Source: Selaginella moellendorffii
Lineage: Eukaryota; Plantae; Lycopodiophyta
Direction of reading: 5' to 3'
DNA: 64,000 nucleotides
Assembly: GCF_000143415.4 (NCBI RefSeq)
Contig: NW_003314303.1
Span: 496,460 to 560,459 of the forward strand
The notes beneath the pieces are model-generated. The model had not been told where the DNA came from. It searched no databases and was given only the letters and a program-made list of their open reading frames with translations. A program made the position numbers and the translations under genes. Of the stretch, positions 23,158-37,300 are shown piece after piece (positions within the stretch are counted from its first letter, which is position 1; every line of letters starts with the position of its first letter).

Positions 23158-26100
23158 CACTAAGGAACACATGCTTTGGGTTTTCACCCCAAGCCTCCCT
23201 TAATACCAGGAGTTTATCTTTGGGACAAGCTAAAAATTTACTAATTATATAATGTTCTTAGATTGCGAATTTGGACACGGGACGAACACCATTGTGTTCA
23301 GGACAATTTCTACATTCCATAGATATGCTAAATGAGCAAATTTAAATACTTCCCATAAATAGCATTTGGGAACTAACACAAAGGGCATGATAGCGAGGGT
23401 GCTTGGTAGACATAGTAAGCTATCATCCAGTGTTATTGAGGGACTAATCTGAATATGCGAGGGTTATTGTCATTAGCCAGTGCAAGACATAACGAGACAA
23501 GAATTCCTTACCGGGCTAAGTATGCTTAGCTAATAACACGTAGGAATTCCGTCCTTATGCTTGTCTAGTCTAAGTACACTCAAAATGCCCAGTTAACTCT
23601 AGTAGCACAAGAGGGACTAATAAAAGGTCCAGCAATACCGACCTCGTACCATTGTGGCAGTAAAGAAAGAGTGTCTGTAAGGACTAGCCGATAGGTAACC
23701 TTCGATACCCGAAGTAACATTCGCAACACTGTCCCCCCTTAGGGAAGATCGACGTCCTCATTGATACATACTCCAATCTAGAATACCGCCAAGGAAATAA
23801 CTCTAGAAAAAGTTCATGGTATTCACACTATGTGAGAAATGCACCAACTTAAATAAGTTAAGAGGCAATCTCTTTGTCTAATGCGGATGCGCTACCAACT
23901 TAGACACTTTCTAGCCGTTTCCGACAAGAAAATAATCAACGAAGTTAGCCACCCTTGCTGTTCTAGGTGTCACCTAGCTTACAAAAGTGTGATACACCCT
24001 TACCCGCAGGGATATATAAAGAGAAGTCAAAGGCCCCAACCCTCATAAGTAAAGACCAAACCTGTTGGTAAAGTTTAAATAGACTATTGTAAATAGGTAG
24101 TTAGAGTTGTTTACACGGTCACACCCTTTTAATGGAATAAGGAACATCAATAGAGAGGTGTGTTATGTTACCAGTCGACAGTAGCTACTCCATGACTAAT
24201 GATTTTACCATGCACATGAAGTGCCAAAGCCAGTTTATCTATACTGACCCAAACTCAAAGTTCAATAAATGGACAATATCAAAGTCATAGATAATGATAG
24301 CTTAGAGACTTAATTATTAGTGAATAAAGCTTAGGTTAGAACACAAAAGTATTCCAAGTAAGTTATCATTTAATAAACCAGTATTAGAGTATAGGAACCA
24401 CCAAAATCATTATAGTTGGAAAACATAAGATTTATTATCCAACAAAATTCAATAGCCAGTGTATCATGAATAAAACTCAATGATAAAACTTAACTGCTAA
24501 AGATTGTAAACAACATGCCAAACAACTTATAAAAGACAACTCAAAGAACACAAAGTATTATTGATTAGCAAGCAAAATACTCGCGAATGTATCATCCGAA
24601 GGAAATAACATCCCAATATATCAAAAGCAACTATAGCAATAATCAACAGAACAGAATGAATGTTGCAAGACTAACAAACATGCATTCATGCTAACTATCA
24701 CACTAGCTAATCTAAATAGATCTTGATCAACAATACCAAGGAACCAAAATTACAAGCAAGCATTAGTAACATCCTATCAATATCTCAAACCCAAGAGACC
24801 AATCTAGAGCAAATCACAAAGAACATATGGTTTTGCAAAAAACTAAAAGCCATCAAAGAGAATAATTAACTATCATGAAAGACCATTAATCATCCCATTA
24901 ATAGAGAGATGCATAATCATCATTGAAGAAATAATCTACCATCCTAAAGAATAGCAGATTATTCACCACTAGCAACAACTAATCAAAATCATTGACAAAG
25001 ATAATCAACTATCTTAGATGATAGTCAATCATTACCCATGATTGTCAGATGCAAATACTAACTTCAATGTTGAAATTATGAGCCAAAATGCCTTCCCTAA
25101 CAACTTTTAACAAATGGAATAATGAACATAAAAATTCAAAGAACCAAAAGCTCGAAGAAGCCTATAGCTAAGTTGTGCTTAATAATGATCACGAGTTTCA
25201 AATGAACTAATTTCAATGCTAAAGAAGAAATCATGGTACAACTAACAATATCTTCCTTAACACATCTATAAACTAAACTTCATAATGCAAAACTAATGAA
25301 GAATATATCTGCATCAATTCAAAAACTAAGCATAATAGAGTTATACTTAACAAGTGATTATCAAACCAATCCTCCATGAATCCATCCTCAATAGTAAGAC
25401 ATAACTCACTTTATAACAAGCACAAGAAGAATCATTAATGATCAATATATTCCAACTCAAATCCAACAAGGATTCAAACATTCCAATATCAATCACTAAC
25501 TTTTCCTCTCGTAAAGGTAGTATAGTCCACAACTAAATCACTTTTCAAGGAAAAGCTAAAGCTCAACCCCTACTAAATAATCTCGTCTAAAACACAACTA
25601 TCTCAAACTTGCTACTCAATTCGTTTGAATGTCAATACAGTTGCTAACTAGCAAATGCATGAATACTAATAACAGAAAGCTACAACCAAATTATCAACAT
25701 TATCTTCATCAAGACTAATGAAACTTAATATCAATCCTACGGAGAGACATCTCATTTCACTTGAATCTCAACATCAATAATGTCAATAACAAGACATTAC
25801 TTTAATGCCATTAACACCAGAATAAAGCTAAAAGAAAGCAAGAGTGAATCACCACTCAAAACCCTCTAGCAGCTAAGCTAACCAAAGTTGAAGATACCTT
25901 AATTAGTATTTGAGACCAATCCTTCAATAATACTCAGGTACAGATAACACATTATCAAAGAGTGATTCACCGTATCCAAGACTCAATGAAATCCAACATC
26001 ACAAACTAAACGCAACCAAATGACATTGACAAAGGTAAAATCGATATGTTAACATGGGAAAAACCATGTAAGTCTAACGACATGATTCTCCGCAACATCA

Positions 26101-29100
26101 TCCAGTAAAGCAAGCTCATCACTACTAAATCATCATCAAATAAAGCAAGTGTCAAATAATCCTTGACAAAGTCTACAAATAATCATTAGCTACCAAGTAA
26201 CCAACAATCACTCTTTTAACTTGTCTTCACAAGACCCAAACACTAAATTCATGCTATCGTGTCATATACTTGTCCAACATGAACATAATACCTCAGGCAC
26301 GAGATAAAGATTCATGGACAAGCATGAACTAAATGATTATTCAAATCCAACTCAATCGCAATAAGCTTACTAATGCATTTAGCCAACGGCTCTAAGCATG
26401 CCTCAAAAAGGCTAGTTATGCATGATCAACACTTAGTTGAAACTAAAGTGAAGACTATGAGATGGATTCATATTGGTACACAACCTTCTCATAGCCAAAG
26501 CTATAATACAGGTACCAACATCTCAACCTCAAACAACTAAGTTGGACATCACCATCCTCAGCCAAGGCGCAGGGCCACCAAGACCAAGTCAAGATCAGTG
26601 AGAGCTCACTATTCTTATAGAGTTTAACAAAATGCAAGGTGCAACCTGCCATCTAGTAAAGTGCTACAGTAAAAAGGCACAAAGGTCACCCTTCTTAAAA
26701 AAGCACATAGCCACTTTTTTACACCAACTCTAGACTCTATCTAACTTAATTGCCTTTAGCATCCCTTTTAGGCCGCATCATACAAACTACCTATTAAAAT
26801 CTAAGCTAACCAAAGTCAACTCTAACTCCTTCACTAATTTGTATTGGCTTTTGAAAATGGAATGGTTTTCCGGCAAAGTTATCAACAGATGAACCATTGA
26901 AAAAGCACAAGAAAATTTGTGGAAAATTTTCCATCCTAGAGAAAGAATGACTCTCAGTCTAAGAATGCAAACTTCCAAGACTTAACCAACTTCATCCTAT
27001 TAACAACTTCACATAAGTTTACTTATGACCCATAGTATGCTTAAGCCTTGAACATCATGCTTATATTTTGACATCTAACAACGACATCCACAAAATGCAA
27101 AATGAACATCTAACATTTGATCACGAAGACTACATCTTTAGATATTTATATTGCACTTAACACTCATCTTCAATCACCTTCAAAATCCAATGTGAAGCTA
27201 AAAACTAACAAAGAAAATGATATGGAAAATCAAGCTCTAAGGAAAATTCCTCATCACTCGAACCAACGATGCCACTTCCACTAACACAAGTGATAGCGAT
27301 GTCAATGCCTTAATTACACATCTTCTCCATCCAACAATTTACTCTAAGTGCTAACAAATAAACCGATAATCTATAACAAATAAATATTATAATCCTTTCC
27401 AACACCTAATGGGCAAACCCTCAAGGAAATAAAGCACTAACTTAACTTTAGTATATCATAGATCATTATTGAGAACCTAGTCAAAGCTATTATAATGCTA
27501 CTATGTATAAGTAGACTAGCTTTATTATCAACCACTTTGGGGTTGATCATCGTTTAACCAAGCAACTTGACAAACACATTGCTCATTATCACATGGATAT
27601 GATATAAAATCACAATGACTTGATCATCAATTGAGCAATACCACAAGCAACGCCCATGTCATTACTTCAAAAGTTTACGAGTATCAAATACTAACCTAAT
27701 TCAACAAAATGCAACATAAATGGCACACTCCACTGATAGAGATTTACAACCACTAACTTTTGTTTATAACACAGACAAGCTCATGCCACTCTCTATTTGA
27801 CCAAACTCAAAACTAATCCAACACCAAGATATTATAGGAGTAATAATAAAGTTCTTTAAAAAAGAATTAAACATTGTAACCTAAGTTTTCAATAACAAGC
27901 CTAGAAAAAATGGTTTGATGCTTCATTGTTATCCATCCCATGATTCACCACTTATAAGATCATCATAACCAATATGTATCAAGATAGGGATTCTTGATTG
28001 CATGATATAAACATGAGCAATAAGTCATACCTTGTTGCAAATCATTTCTTTAAAAAGAGAAAATGATTTATGTGTTTGATCCTTCGTCTCTGATGACTCT
28101 TTTTTTTATCTTAACTTTGACCAAACCTCAAACTTGCTTTCGCACTGCCTTTTAATCTAATTTAACAAAAGTTTATGAGAGAGTATAGCAATAACTATTT
28201 GAACCAATAGACTTATCCATGCAATCTTGATTGATCCACTTCTAATTATGCCTAGGAATGATCCACTAGTATCATGCTAAATAGCTACGGACTAGCCTAT
28301 TTACCACTCATAGCAAACCCAAGGGAGGTTTACTTTTACCCATGGTACAAGGAACAATTCATGGAACCATCGATAGGCTAGCATTAATCCTGCCAACTCA
28401 AAGTGTAACCTTGAGTTAATAATGTGCCTCACTCATGAGCCCAAGTGTAAACTCATGCAAAATGGTATATCTCTGTCCACCTTATGAGCCCAAGAGCAAG
28501 CTCACATAATACAATACAAAAAGGCAATTAAAATCTATACCCAAGGAACAATTGCAAAGTCTTAGCACCTAAATATGTACCCACTCAGATAATTTTTTTC
28601 ATCTTTGCATATGTAATGAGATTAGTTGCCCAATCTCATTGGATAGTACTCACCAAGATTCATCCTCTGATACTAAATGTAGCACATATGATTTTTACCC
28701 TTTATCCTATGGTGAATTACTATAGGATAATTGGAACCTAAGCCCTCCATATGCCACATGTTATATGCCACGTGTCCAAAGGATAGTGGTGTGGAACCCG
28801 AGTTTTAGGACCTTGGGCCACTGAATAAAAGAACGGAGTCAAACTCCCAAGCATGAAGCCAAGGAGTGATGGCATTAAAGCATGGAACAACTCCCAAGCA
28901 TTCAGCCCAAGGAGCAAAGGGATAGAAGCACGGAGCAATTAGGAATAGTCTTAGAGCATTTAACATCCCAATGCCAAGACTAGCATGCAAAACAGAGCTA
29001 AACGGAGTTTAGCGCTATTTCAGCATACTGGTGGCCTAATGCGAGGACATGGGTACTCCACTATCTAGCATGGTGTGGAATTTAGGCTTAGACCCAAGCC

Positions 29101-29380
29101 GGATGCAAAACAAGGACAAATATGCAAGTGAGAGCTAGACTATACTGTGAGACACAAAATCCCTAAGCCCTAAAGTGGAGCCGGAAAGGGTGCCACGTGG
29201 TAGTGGCCGAAGCGAAAGCCAAACAAGTGTAACACGTTTGGACTAAAAGCTCTGACTTGGAAGGTCAAGAGCAGGAGTGGAACTCCCAACAAAGTGCTCA
29301 AGGAGCGAGCACGAAGCGAGCAATAAGCAAGGCTCTAAAAAGGGACCCAAAAAGGACCAACACATGACACGTGGAAGTGT

Positions 29381-29552
29381 CTGAGATGGAGTTCGAGATG
29401 GACCCGAAGTGGAGTCTGAGGTGGACCGAGACGGAGTCCGAGATGGACCCGAGATGGAGTCCAAGATGGAGTCCGACATGGACCCGAGATGGAGTCCGAG
29501 ATGGAGTCCGAGAAGGACCCGAGATGGAGTCCGAGGTCGAGACCGAGACCGG

Positions 29553-29587
<35 letters not shown>

Positions 29588-29685
29588 GGACCGAGACCGG
29601 GACCGAGACCGAGACCGAGGCCAAGGCTGAGACCGAGCCTGAGTCTGAGTCCAAGTCCGAGTCTGAGTCCGAGTTCGAGTCTGAG
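29381..29685 (+). repeat. Hexamer-based minisatellite (GAGATG/GAGTCC/GAGACC) in L2 5' LTR
   Basis: Visible tandem hexamers. Related arrays at 36160-36497, 38129-38495, 22830-23075, 60895-61175 and 62663-62930. Confidence 0.9.
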
Positions 29686-32600
29686 AGGGTGAAAGCCCAA
29701 AGCGTTTGTCTCCCAGACCCTGGGGGGTTTGGTGAGCTCCAAAAGTATGGTAGGGGGAGGACTGTAGTGGAGCCAGTTTGGCCAGGAAAGGCCAGTTTGG
29801 CCTAGGAAGGCCAGACCCAGTGTTGGGTGATGAACTGACCACTGGGAAGTCCAAGACTAGAGTGAATACGAATCGACAAGCGGGGTAGCTTGGTGAAGTG
29901 TTCAAGAGCCGGCTCTAGTTCCCCCAGGAGATCGACTGGCCGATGCTCCCAGTCCAAGTGTGGGTGGCACTACCTACTTGGATACCAGGTGTGGCTCAAC
30001 GGAACCTCGCTCTAAGCCCATGGCTAGAGCACCCAAAGGCGGAAGGCGGGGAGAGTACCCAGGTGGCTCGCGTAAGGCCACAGTGTTCCGAAGTGTTGTC
30101 CCCAAGTCCCAGACTGTGGAAAGGAAAAGGAGCAGTCCTTTGGTGTGGTGGCCAAGGATATGGTCACGTGGTGAGAAAGTCCCAGAGGACCATGGAACTT
30201 AGTGGTCAGGCTTGTGGGCCTCGACCTAGTGGTAGTGTTGGCAAACACGGCCAAGGGCAAAAAGGGACTTAGTGGGGATTGACAGAGGGATATTGGGGAA
30301 GGCTGTTCCCCTTGTCGGTGGGCATCCTAAGGATGCTAAGGAGTGGATCTGGGATGACCACTCACGGATGGTTGGCCCAGTCTTAGAGAGACAAGACTGT
30401 GTGGCAAGTGGTATTGGACTACCAATGCGGCAAAGGTGATTGGGCATGGCCTTAGCGTAACAGGCTGCTATGTTGGTGGTACCTTTGAGTGTCGGTCATG
30501 GGATCGGACACGTGGAGCACTTGGACCAGGTGCAAGGGTTGAGTGGCATGGATGCCATTCTTGGGGCTAGCAAGTCCCAAGTCCTGAATTGGACTTATGG
30601 AGGTTGTGAATGAGACTCCTCCAAGTGGTCGGAGGTGTGGTTAAGTGACTAAAGTAGAATGGAAAAATTTAGTCACTTACAACTTGGTATCGGAGCTGTT
30701 CCTTAGTCCGACTTTTATTGGTGCTCAAGTATATCACTATTGATGTTGGCATCGGAAGGTCCTAGGAGTGGGCCTATCTTTGAGGAGTAGCATGTCGAAA
30801 GGACATGGCTCTCCACCCAAGTTCATGCGTGAACTTGGGCATGATATGGTGGATAAAAAAGGGCCAATAATGGAACGACTTTGGGATCTTGGGAACAGTA
30901 TGTGGTTTTCCTCAGAGAGTTGAGGATGTGATCCAGATGAGCATTTGACTTAGCAAACTGGCTAATGTAGTTGTGGTAAACAACTATAGTTGGGATCACG
31001 GGAAAGATAAAGACTCCAAAACAATAAAGGAGTCACAAGATTATCCTCACATAGTTGAGGTTGGTGCTCATGAATGTGAGACCAGAAGTAATGACTGTGG
31101 GAGGTCAAATACAGAAGAGGACCCAAGTGCTTGAAATGGTAGCCGGGGCTACCTTTAATAAATGCTGGAACAACCCAAGGAATTGGGGGGTGTACTTAGA
31201 GATGAGTTGGTATTCTCATTACATGGACAAGTAGTCCTAAGGGGCAAAGGTTGCCCCAGAGAACAAAATCAAGTGTCAGAGTAACACTTGTGAAAATGGT
31301 CCTTGTGAGTAGGACATGAATGCAAGAAGTGTATTCCAGTGAGCTAGTGCACCACAAGTAGGACCTTACGGGTTTGTGGATTAACCAAGTCCAAAACTGC
31401 TAGATGACTCAAGTAGAGTCAAGGAATGGTCCTAAAGGACTGATGGAACCATTTGGACTGAGGTGTGTGGTACACCACGAAGGATGGGGAGGATCATAGG
31501 ATCCAAGGATGAGAACAGAGGGTATCTCATCGATGGCAAAATATGCTATGCTAAAATCGTGGGAAAGGTGTTCCCAAAAGAAAACAACTTTGACACAAAG
31601 TTGTGTGTGACCTCTATGGTGCTGTGCTAACGGATGGTTGGCATGAGAAAGAGTGGTATTCGTCTTGGCAAAGACTTAGACACAAAGAAGAAGTGTCATA
31701 AAGGTAGGCTCGTGGAGCCGATGGTGTGGAGACACCAAATGTGCCAAGGTGTGATACCTTGAGGCTATGTTGGTGGGTTCATGAGAACCCCTTGCCAAAG
31801 GAATCCCAATGGACATAAGAATGGCATAGCCTAAGCTACAGAGCATGTAGTTGGAGTGGTGACCTAGATAATGATGGAGGTGTGGAAGCACCAGCAATGA
31901 GTTGTAGGACTTGACAACTATGAGGCAACTAAGCAAGAGGTGCAAAATAATTGGTTAAACGGGTAGAAGGTAGCTACCCAATCCTTCTTAATGGCATAAG
32001 GAAGTTGGATATACCCTTACGGAGGATAAACTGCTTATGTTGCGATATAGTAAGTCAATATCATAAAAGGAAATACTCATTGTCAAGGAAGCCGTCATTG
32101 GGACACCCGAACACTCTAGAACAGTGTTTGATGTCGCGAGGGCAATAGATAAGGCCCAAGGGACTAAGTCCCTAGCGAATGATGGATAGAAGGTGCTATC
32201 CAAATGTCCAAGGTGGCAGAGACAGGAGAAGACTACTCGAATTGGACAAAGCCAGAAAATGGAATTTTGGCAAGGCTAGCGATGGGCATGTAAAGGCTCG
32301 TAAGCAACAACGTTAATCCCGATGTGTGGGATTATAGGGTGAGCATACCTGGATTGAGGAACCACTCCCTAGGCTATCGGGTAGGTTCATCCCCAAGAAT
32401 ACTTACTAAGGCATGATAGAAAGTGCAAAACTATCCTCCTGGTCTGGAGGAGAATGACTGAAGGAAAGGTGTGAAGCCAAAAGCAAAAAGTAAAGGGATA
32501 GAACTGAACCATAGGAATCGAAGGGCATAACCAAGGTTGGTTATGCCAGCTGGGAGTGGAGAATCAAGTGGGGGCTCAAGGGTGTTGTCGCTCGCAACCG

Positions 32601-33224
32601 TGATGCCATGGAAAGTCTAAAATATGGAATTGTCCATGTTAGACTACATGGTAATTGGAAAGCTTGCAAAAAGGGAGGCCTTAGCAGCTAAGGGACAGAG
32701 TTCCTTCAAGGTTCCCAAAGACGATTCTAGGTAGTTTAGTACCTAGAAGGGCCAAATGTAAATGGTTCATGGAACGTGCGAAACTAGAGTGGTGCAGCAG
32801 AAGCGTGGTCTTGAAGCTTGCCATGAGGCAAGGCTATCAAGGTTCGGGAAGTAGTTCCCAAGTGTTCAAAGAGAGGGCTTTGAACGAAAGTCGATGGTCA
32901 AGGACTTTCACGCTTATGCAGGAACCATGTTACGTTGGTCGGAGGACTTGCCAAGCGAGATTGGCAAGTCGGGGGAACAAATACCCTAGTTGAAGGTGAT
33001 AACTTCAAAAGGGTGGGCCATGGGGCCAAGCATGGAGGAGTCCATGCATGATCAAAGACGTGTCAAGTGAGAGGACTTGGCAGTGTGGAGGAACTAGGTT
33101 CCTAAGCTGTGATCTATAGTGCGCTTTAAGTATAAATTGGTGCACCGGCGTGGGGAGTCACGCCAGGCATCTAGTGTGATGCCGTCCGTAGATGCATATA
33201 CGGAGGTTGGGTTTGAGTCCCAAC

Positions 33225-34371
33225 TGTCGCGAATGTGACTTCAGGTATCGAAAGTTACCTGTCGGCCAGTCCTTACGGACACTCTTACCTTACTGCCACG
33301 ATGGCAGGAGGTCGGTATTGCTGGACCCGTTATCAGTTCCCACTTGAACTAGTTGAGAAACTGGTCAATGAACATGCACTTAGATTGGATAAACATAAGG
33401 TAGGAACCCTATGTGTTTCTTGCTGAGCATACTCGGCCTGGTTTGAGAAACTTGTGTCATTGGCTTGCACTTGCTAGTATCAAGAACCCCTGCGATATTG
33501 AGATTGGTCCCTCAACATCGCTAGATGATAGCTTACCGTGTCTGCCAAACACCCTCGCTATCATGCCCTTTGTGTTAGTCTTAATTCGTCCCAAATGCTA
33601 TTTATGGAAAGTGTCCAGATTTGCTCATTTGGCATATCTACAGAATGTAGAGATCGTCCTGTACACAATGGTGTTTGTCCCATGTCCAAATTCGCAATCT
33701 AGGGACATTCCATAATTAGTAAGTTTCGAGCTTGTCCCAGAGACTAACTCCTGATACTAAGGGAGGCTTGGGGTGAAAGCCCAAAGCGTGTGTTCCTCAA
33801 GGGGGGGGGGGGGGCTATGGGGGGTTCCAAATGTATAGTAGGGATAGTGGGTAGGTCGGGCATGGCCGACCAACCTGAGGCATAGTCTAGCTCCCGCTTG
33901 CATGCCTATCCTTGTTCTGCGTCCGGCTTGGGTCTAAGCCCAAGTTCCATTCCATGCTAGCTGGTGGAGTACCCATATCCTCACGTTAGGCCACCGGTAT
34001 GCCGAAATAGTGCCAGACTCCGTTTGGCTCCGTTTTGCGTGCTGGTCCTGGCAATGGGATGCTGGTTGCTCCAGGACTGTTCCAAGTCACTCCAGGCCCC
34101 TGTCCCTTCGCTCCTTGGGCTGTATGCTTGGGAGTTGCTCCGTGGTTCGGTTCCATCACTCCTTGGCTCCATGCTTGGGAGTTTGGCACCGTTCATTCGT
34201 TCAGTGGCCCAAGGCCCTGAACCTCGAATTCCTATGGACACGTGGCATGGACACGTGGCATGTGACACGTGGCATCTGTCACGTGGCACAAAGAGGCTTT
34301 AGGTTCCGCTTCGTGGTGTTATCCTATGGTAAATCACCATAGGATAAAGGGTCAAAACCACGTGCGCTACA
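33225..34371 (+). mobile_element. Solo LTR, family L1 (1147 bp)
   Basis: TGTCGCGAATG...GCGCTACA flanked by 5-bp TSD CCAAC (33220-33224 and 34372-34376). Homologous to the L1 LTRs. Confidence 0.9.
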
Positions 34372-37300
34372 CCAACCCTCTAGTGCTTGGGTTTGAGTCC
34401 CAACTCACTAGGGCGTGGTGATGGTTTGGAATATGAGGACACTCATATTTCGGTGGTCATGGACTCTCAATGAGGAGATTGGCTTGGGCACATTGTCAAG
34501 CGGGGGATGCCCCGGGGTCGTGATGCACGGTTAGATTGTTTAGAGTGAAAGCTCGGCATATCTAACTTGAACACTTTGGTGCAAAAGGGCACTAAGGACG
34601 TGGTGAATGAAATGGGGACACCTAGTCTCGGTTGCTATGGATCCTTGGCCGAAAGGGCTGGCTTGGGCGCACCACCAAGTGTGGGGGATGCCCCCGGGGT
34701 CATAGTCAACAACTTAGAAGGGTCTGGAAGACCTAGTTCCTATTGGTAGACCTATTAAGGGGTCGAGATGAGATCACTAGGTGATCTTGTGGCTAAACAA
34801 GGACAAAGTCTTTGTTTGGGTTAAGGAATATGATTCCTAGTTCAAAGTGTTGATTTGAACTATTGATAAAAGGGTGGCTTGGTCAAGGTGACCAAGTGGG
34901 AAGAACACCTAAGGGAAATGAGCTATGTCAAATGCTATGGCATAGTAAGTCTAAGGAAAGTAGTCTTTATAACAGACCATGGGAGGGTCACGAAGTTGGG
35001 CCGTGGATAGAGCCCTCCGTAGAAAATGCTAAAGAGACTTACTAGGGGTGAACACCCTAGTTTTGGCAAAGTAAAACCTTTGCTATGGAATCAAAAGAAT
35101 ACTTCAAGGAGGGAGGTAGAGATTCGGTGTTGCTTAGTGCAACAATCAATGGATAGGAGCAAAAGACTAGTGGCCAAGTATGGGCCATGGGATTCATTTG
35201 AAGGAATCCAAATGGTAAAGTTAGCCAAGGAACAGTAATGTGTTTGATGCTAACGAGTGGTGGAAAAAAAAGTGGACTTCCAAGGATGGATTCCCAAGTG
35301 CTCCAATTTAGCAAAGGAAAGGCTCCAAGTGAGGGAGCAACTAAGTAGCCAAAAGATAGGGCCGTGGACAGCCCTAGCACAAATAATGATAAATGGAACG
35401 TGATGCCAATGGTGGCACAAAAATAGAAAAGAGGATGAGGGTGCTTTCGAGTAGAGAACTTCCTAGGAGGGGAAGTGGAGCTGCGCAAAATGTGCAAGGC
35501 AAGGTGTCGGAGACACCTAGGAAATTGACTTCAAGGAGTCAAAAGTAAACATTCTAAAGTGCAAAGGTAGATCAATGGAATCTGTGACTACTCAAGAATG
35601 AGTAGTGGAATTGAGTTAGAGAGGGTGTCTCTAACGGGTTTAGCGAGAACTAAACTAATAAAAAGGAGCAAACCACCCCAGGTGGTCAAGTGAGTCTCTA
35701 AGTTGGAGAGACTATCCTCCTTAAAGGATGGGCAAGGCATGGTGAGCCTTTGGTGTCAAACCATTGACGGACACGGAGAAGGCATGGTGAGCCTTCAATG
35801 TCAAACCATTGACAAATATTGGCTAGGTGCCAAGGATGGAAATGGTAACACATGCGGGTGTTACATTATAAAATGGTTTACCGTTCGATGAGGACATCGA
35901 ACTTCGTCTATGGGTGGTGGAGTTGTGAGACACAAAATCCCTAGGCCCCAAAGTGGAGCCAGAAAGGGTGCCACGTGGTAGTGGCCGAAGCGAAAGCCAA
36001 ACGAGTGTAACACGTTTGGACTAAAAGCTCTGACTTGGAAGGTCGAGAGCGGGAGTGGAACTCCCAACAAAGTGCTCAAGGAGCGAGCACGAAGCGAGCA
36101 ATAAGCAAGGCTCCAAAAAGGGACCCAAAAAGGACCAACACATGACACGTGGAAGTGTCTGAGATGGAGTCCGAGATGGACCCGAGATTGAGTCCGAGAT
36201 GGAGTCCGAGATGGACCTGAGATGGAGTCCGCGATGGAGTCCGAGGTGGACCGAGACGGAGTCCGAGATGGACCCGAGATGGAGTCCGAGATGGACCGAG
36301 ACGGAGTCCGAGATGGACCCGAGATGGAGTCCGAGATGGACCGAGACGGAGTCTGAGATGGAGTCCGAGATGGACCGAGACGGAGTCCGAGATGGAGTCT
36401 GAGATGGAGTCCGAGAAGGACCCGAGATGGAGTCCGAGGTCGAGACCGAGCCCGAGTCCGAGTCTGAGTCCGAGTCCGAGTCCGAGTTCGAGTCTGAGAG
36501 GGTGAAAGCCCAAAGTGTTCGTCTCCCAGACCCTGGGGGGTTTGGTGAGCTCCAAAAGTATAGTAGGGGGAGGACTGTAGTGGAGCCAGTTTGGCCTAGG
36601 AAGGCCAGACCCAGTGTTGGATGATGAACTGACCACTGGGAAGTCTAAGACTAGAGTGAATACAAACTGACAAGCGGGGTAGCTTGGTGAAGTGTTCAAG
36701 AGCCGACTCTAGTTCCCCCAGGAGATTGACTAGCCGATGCTCCCAGTCCAAGTGTGGGTGCCACTACCTACTTGGATACCAGGCGTGGCTCAACGGAACC
36801 TCGCTCTAAGCCCATGGCTAGAGCACCCAAATGTGGAAGGCGGGGAGAGTACCCAGGTGGCTCGCGTAAGGCCACGGTGTTCCGAAGTGTTGTCCCTAAG
36901 TCCCAGACTATGGAAAGGAAAAGGAGCAGTCCTTTGGTGTGGTGGCCAAGGATATGGTCACGTGGTGAGGAAGTCCCAGAGGACCATGGAACTTAGTGGT
37001 CAGGCCTGTGAGCCTCGACCCAGTGGCAGTGTTGGCAAACACGGCCAAGGGCAAAAAGGGTCTTAGTGGGGATTGACAGAGGGATATTAGGGAAGGCTAT
37101 TCCCCTTGTCGGTGGGCATCCTAAGGATGCTAAGGAGTGGATCTGGGATGACCACTCATGGATGGTTGGCCCAGTCTTGGAGAGACAAGACTGTGTGGCA
37201 AGTGGTATTGGACTACCAATGCGGCAAAGGTGATTGGGCATGGCCTTAGCATAACAGGCTGGTATGTTGGTGGTACCTTTGAGTGTCGGTCATGGGATTG

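Noticed and set aside
29243-29905. RS/RD/ET dipeptide-repeat ORFs resembling SR proteins
   Set aside because: They are translations of the LTR hexamer minisatellite.
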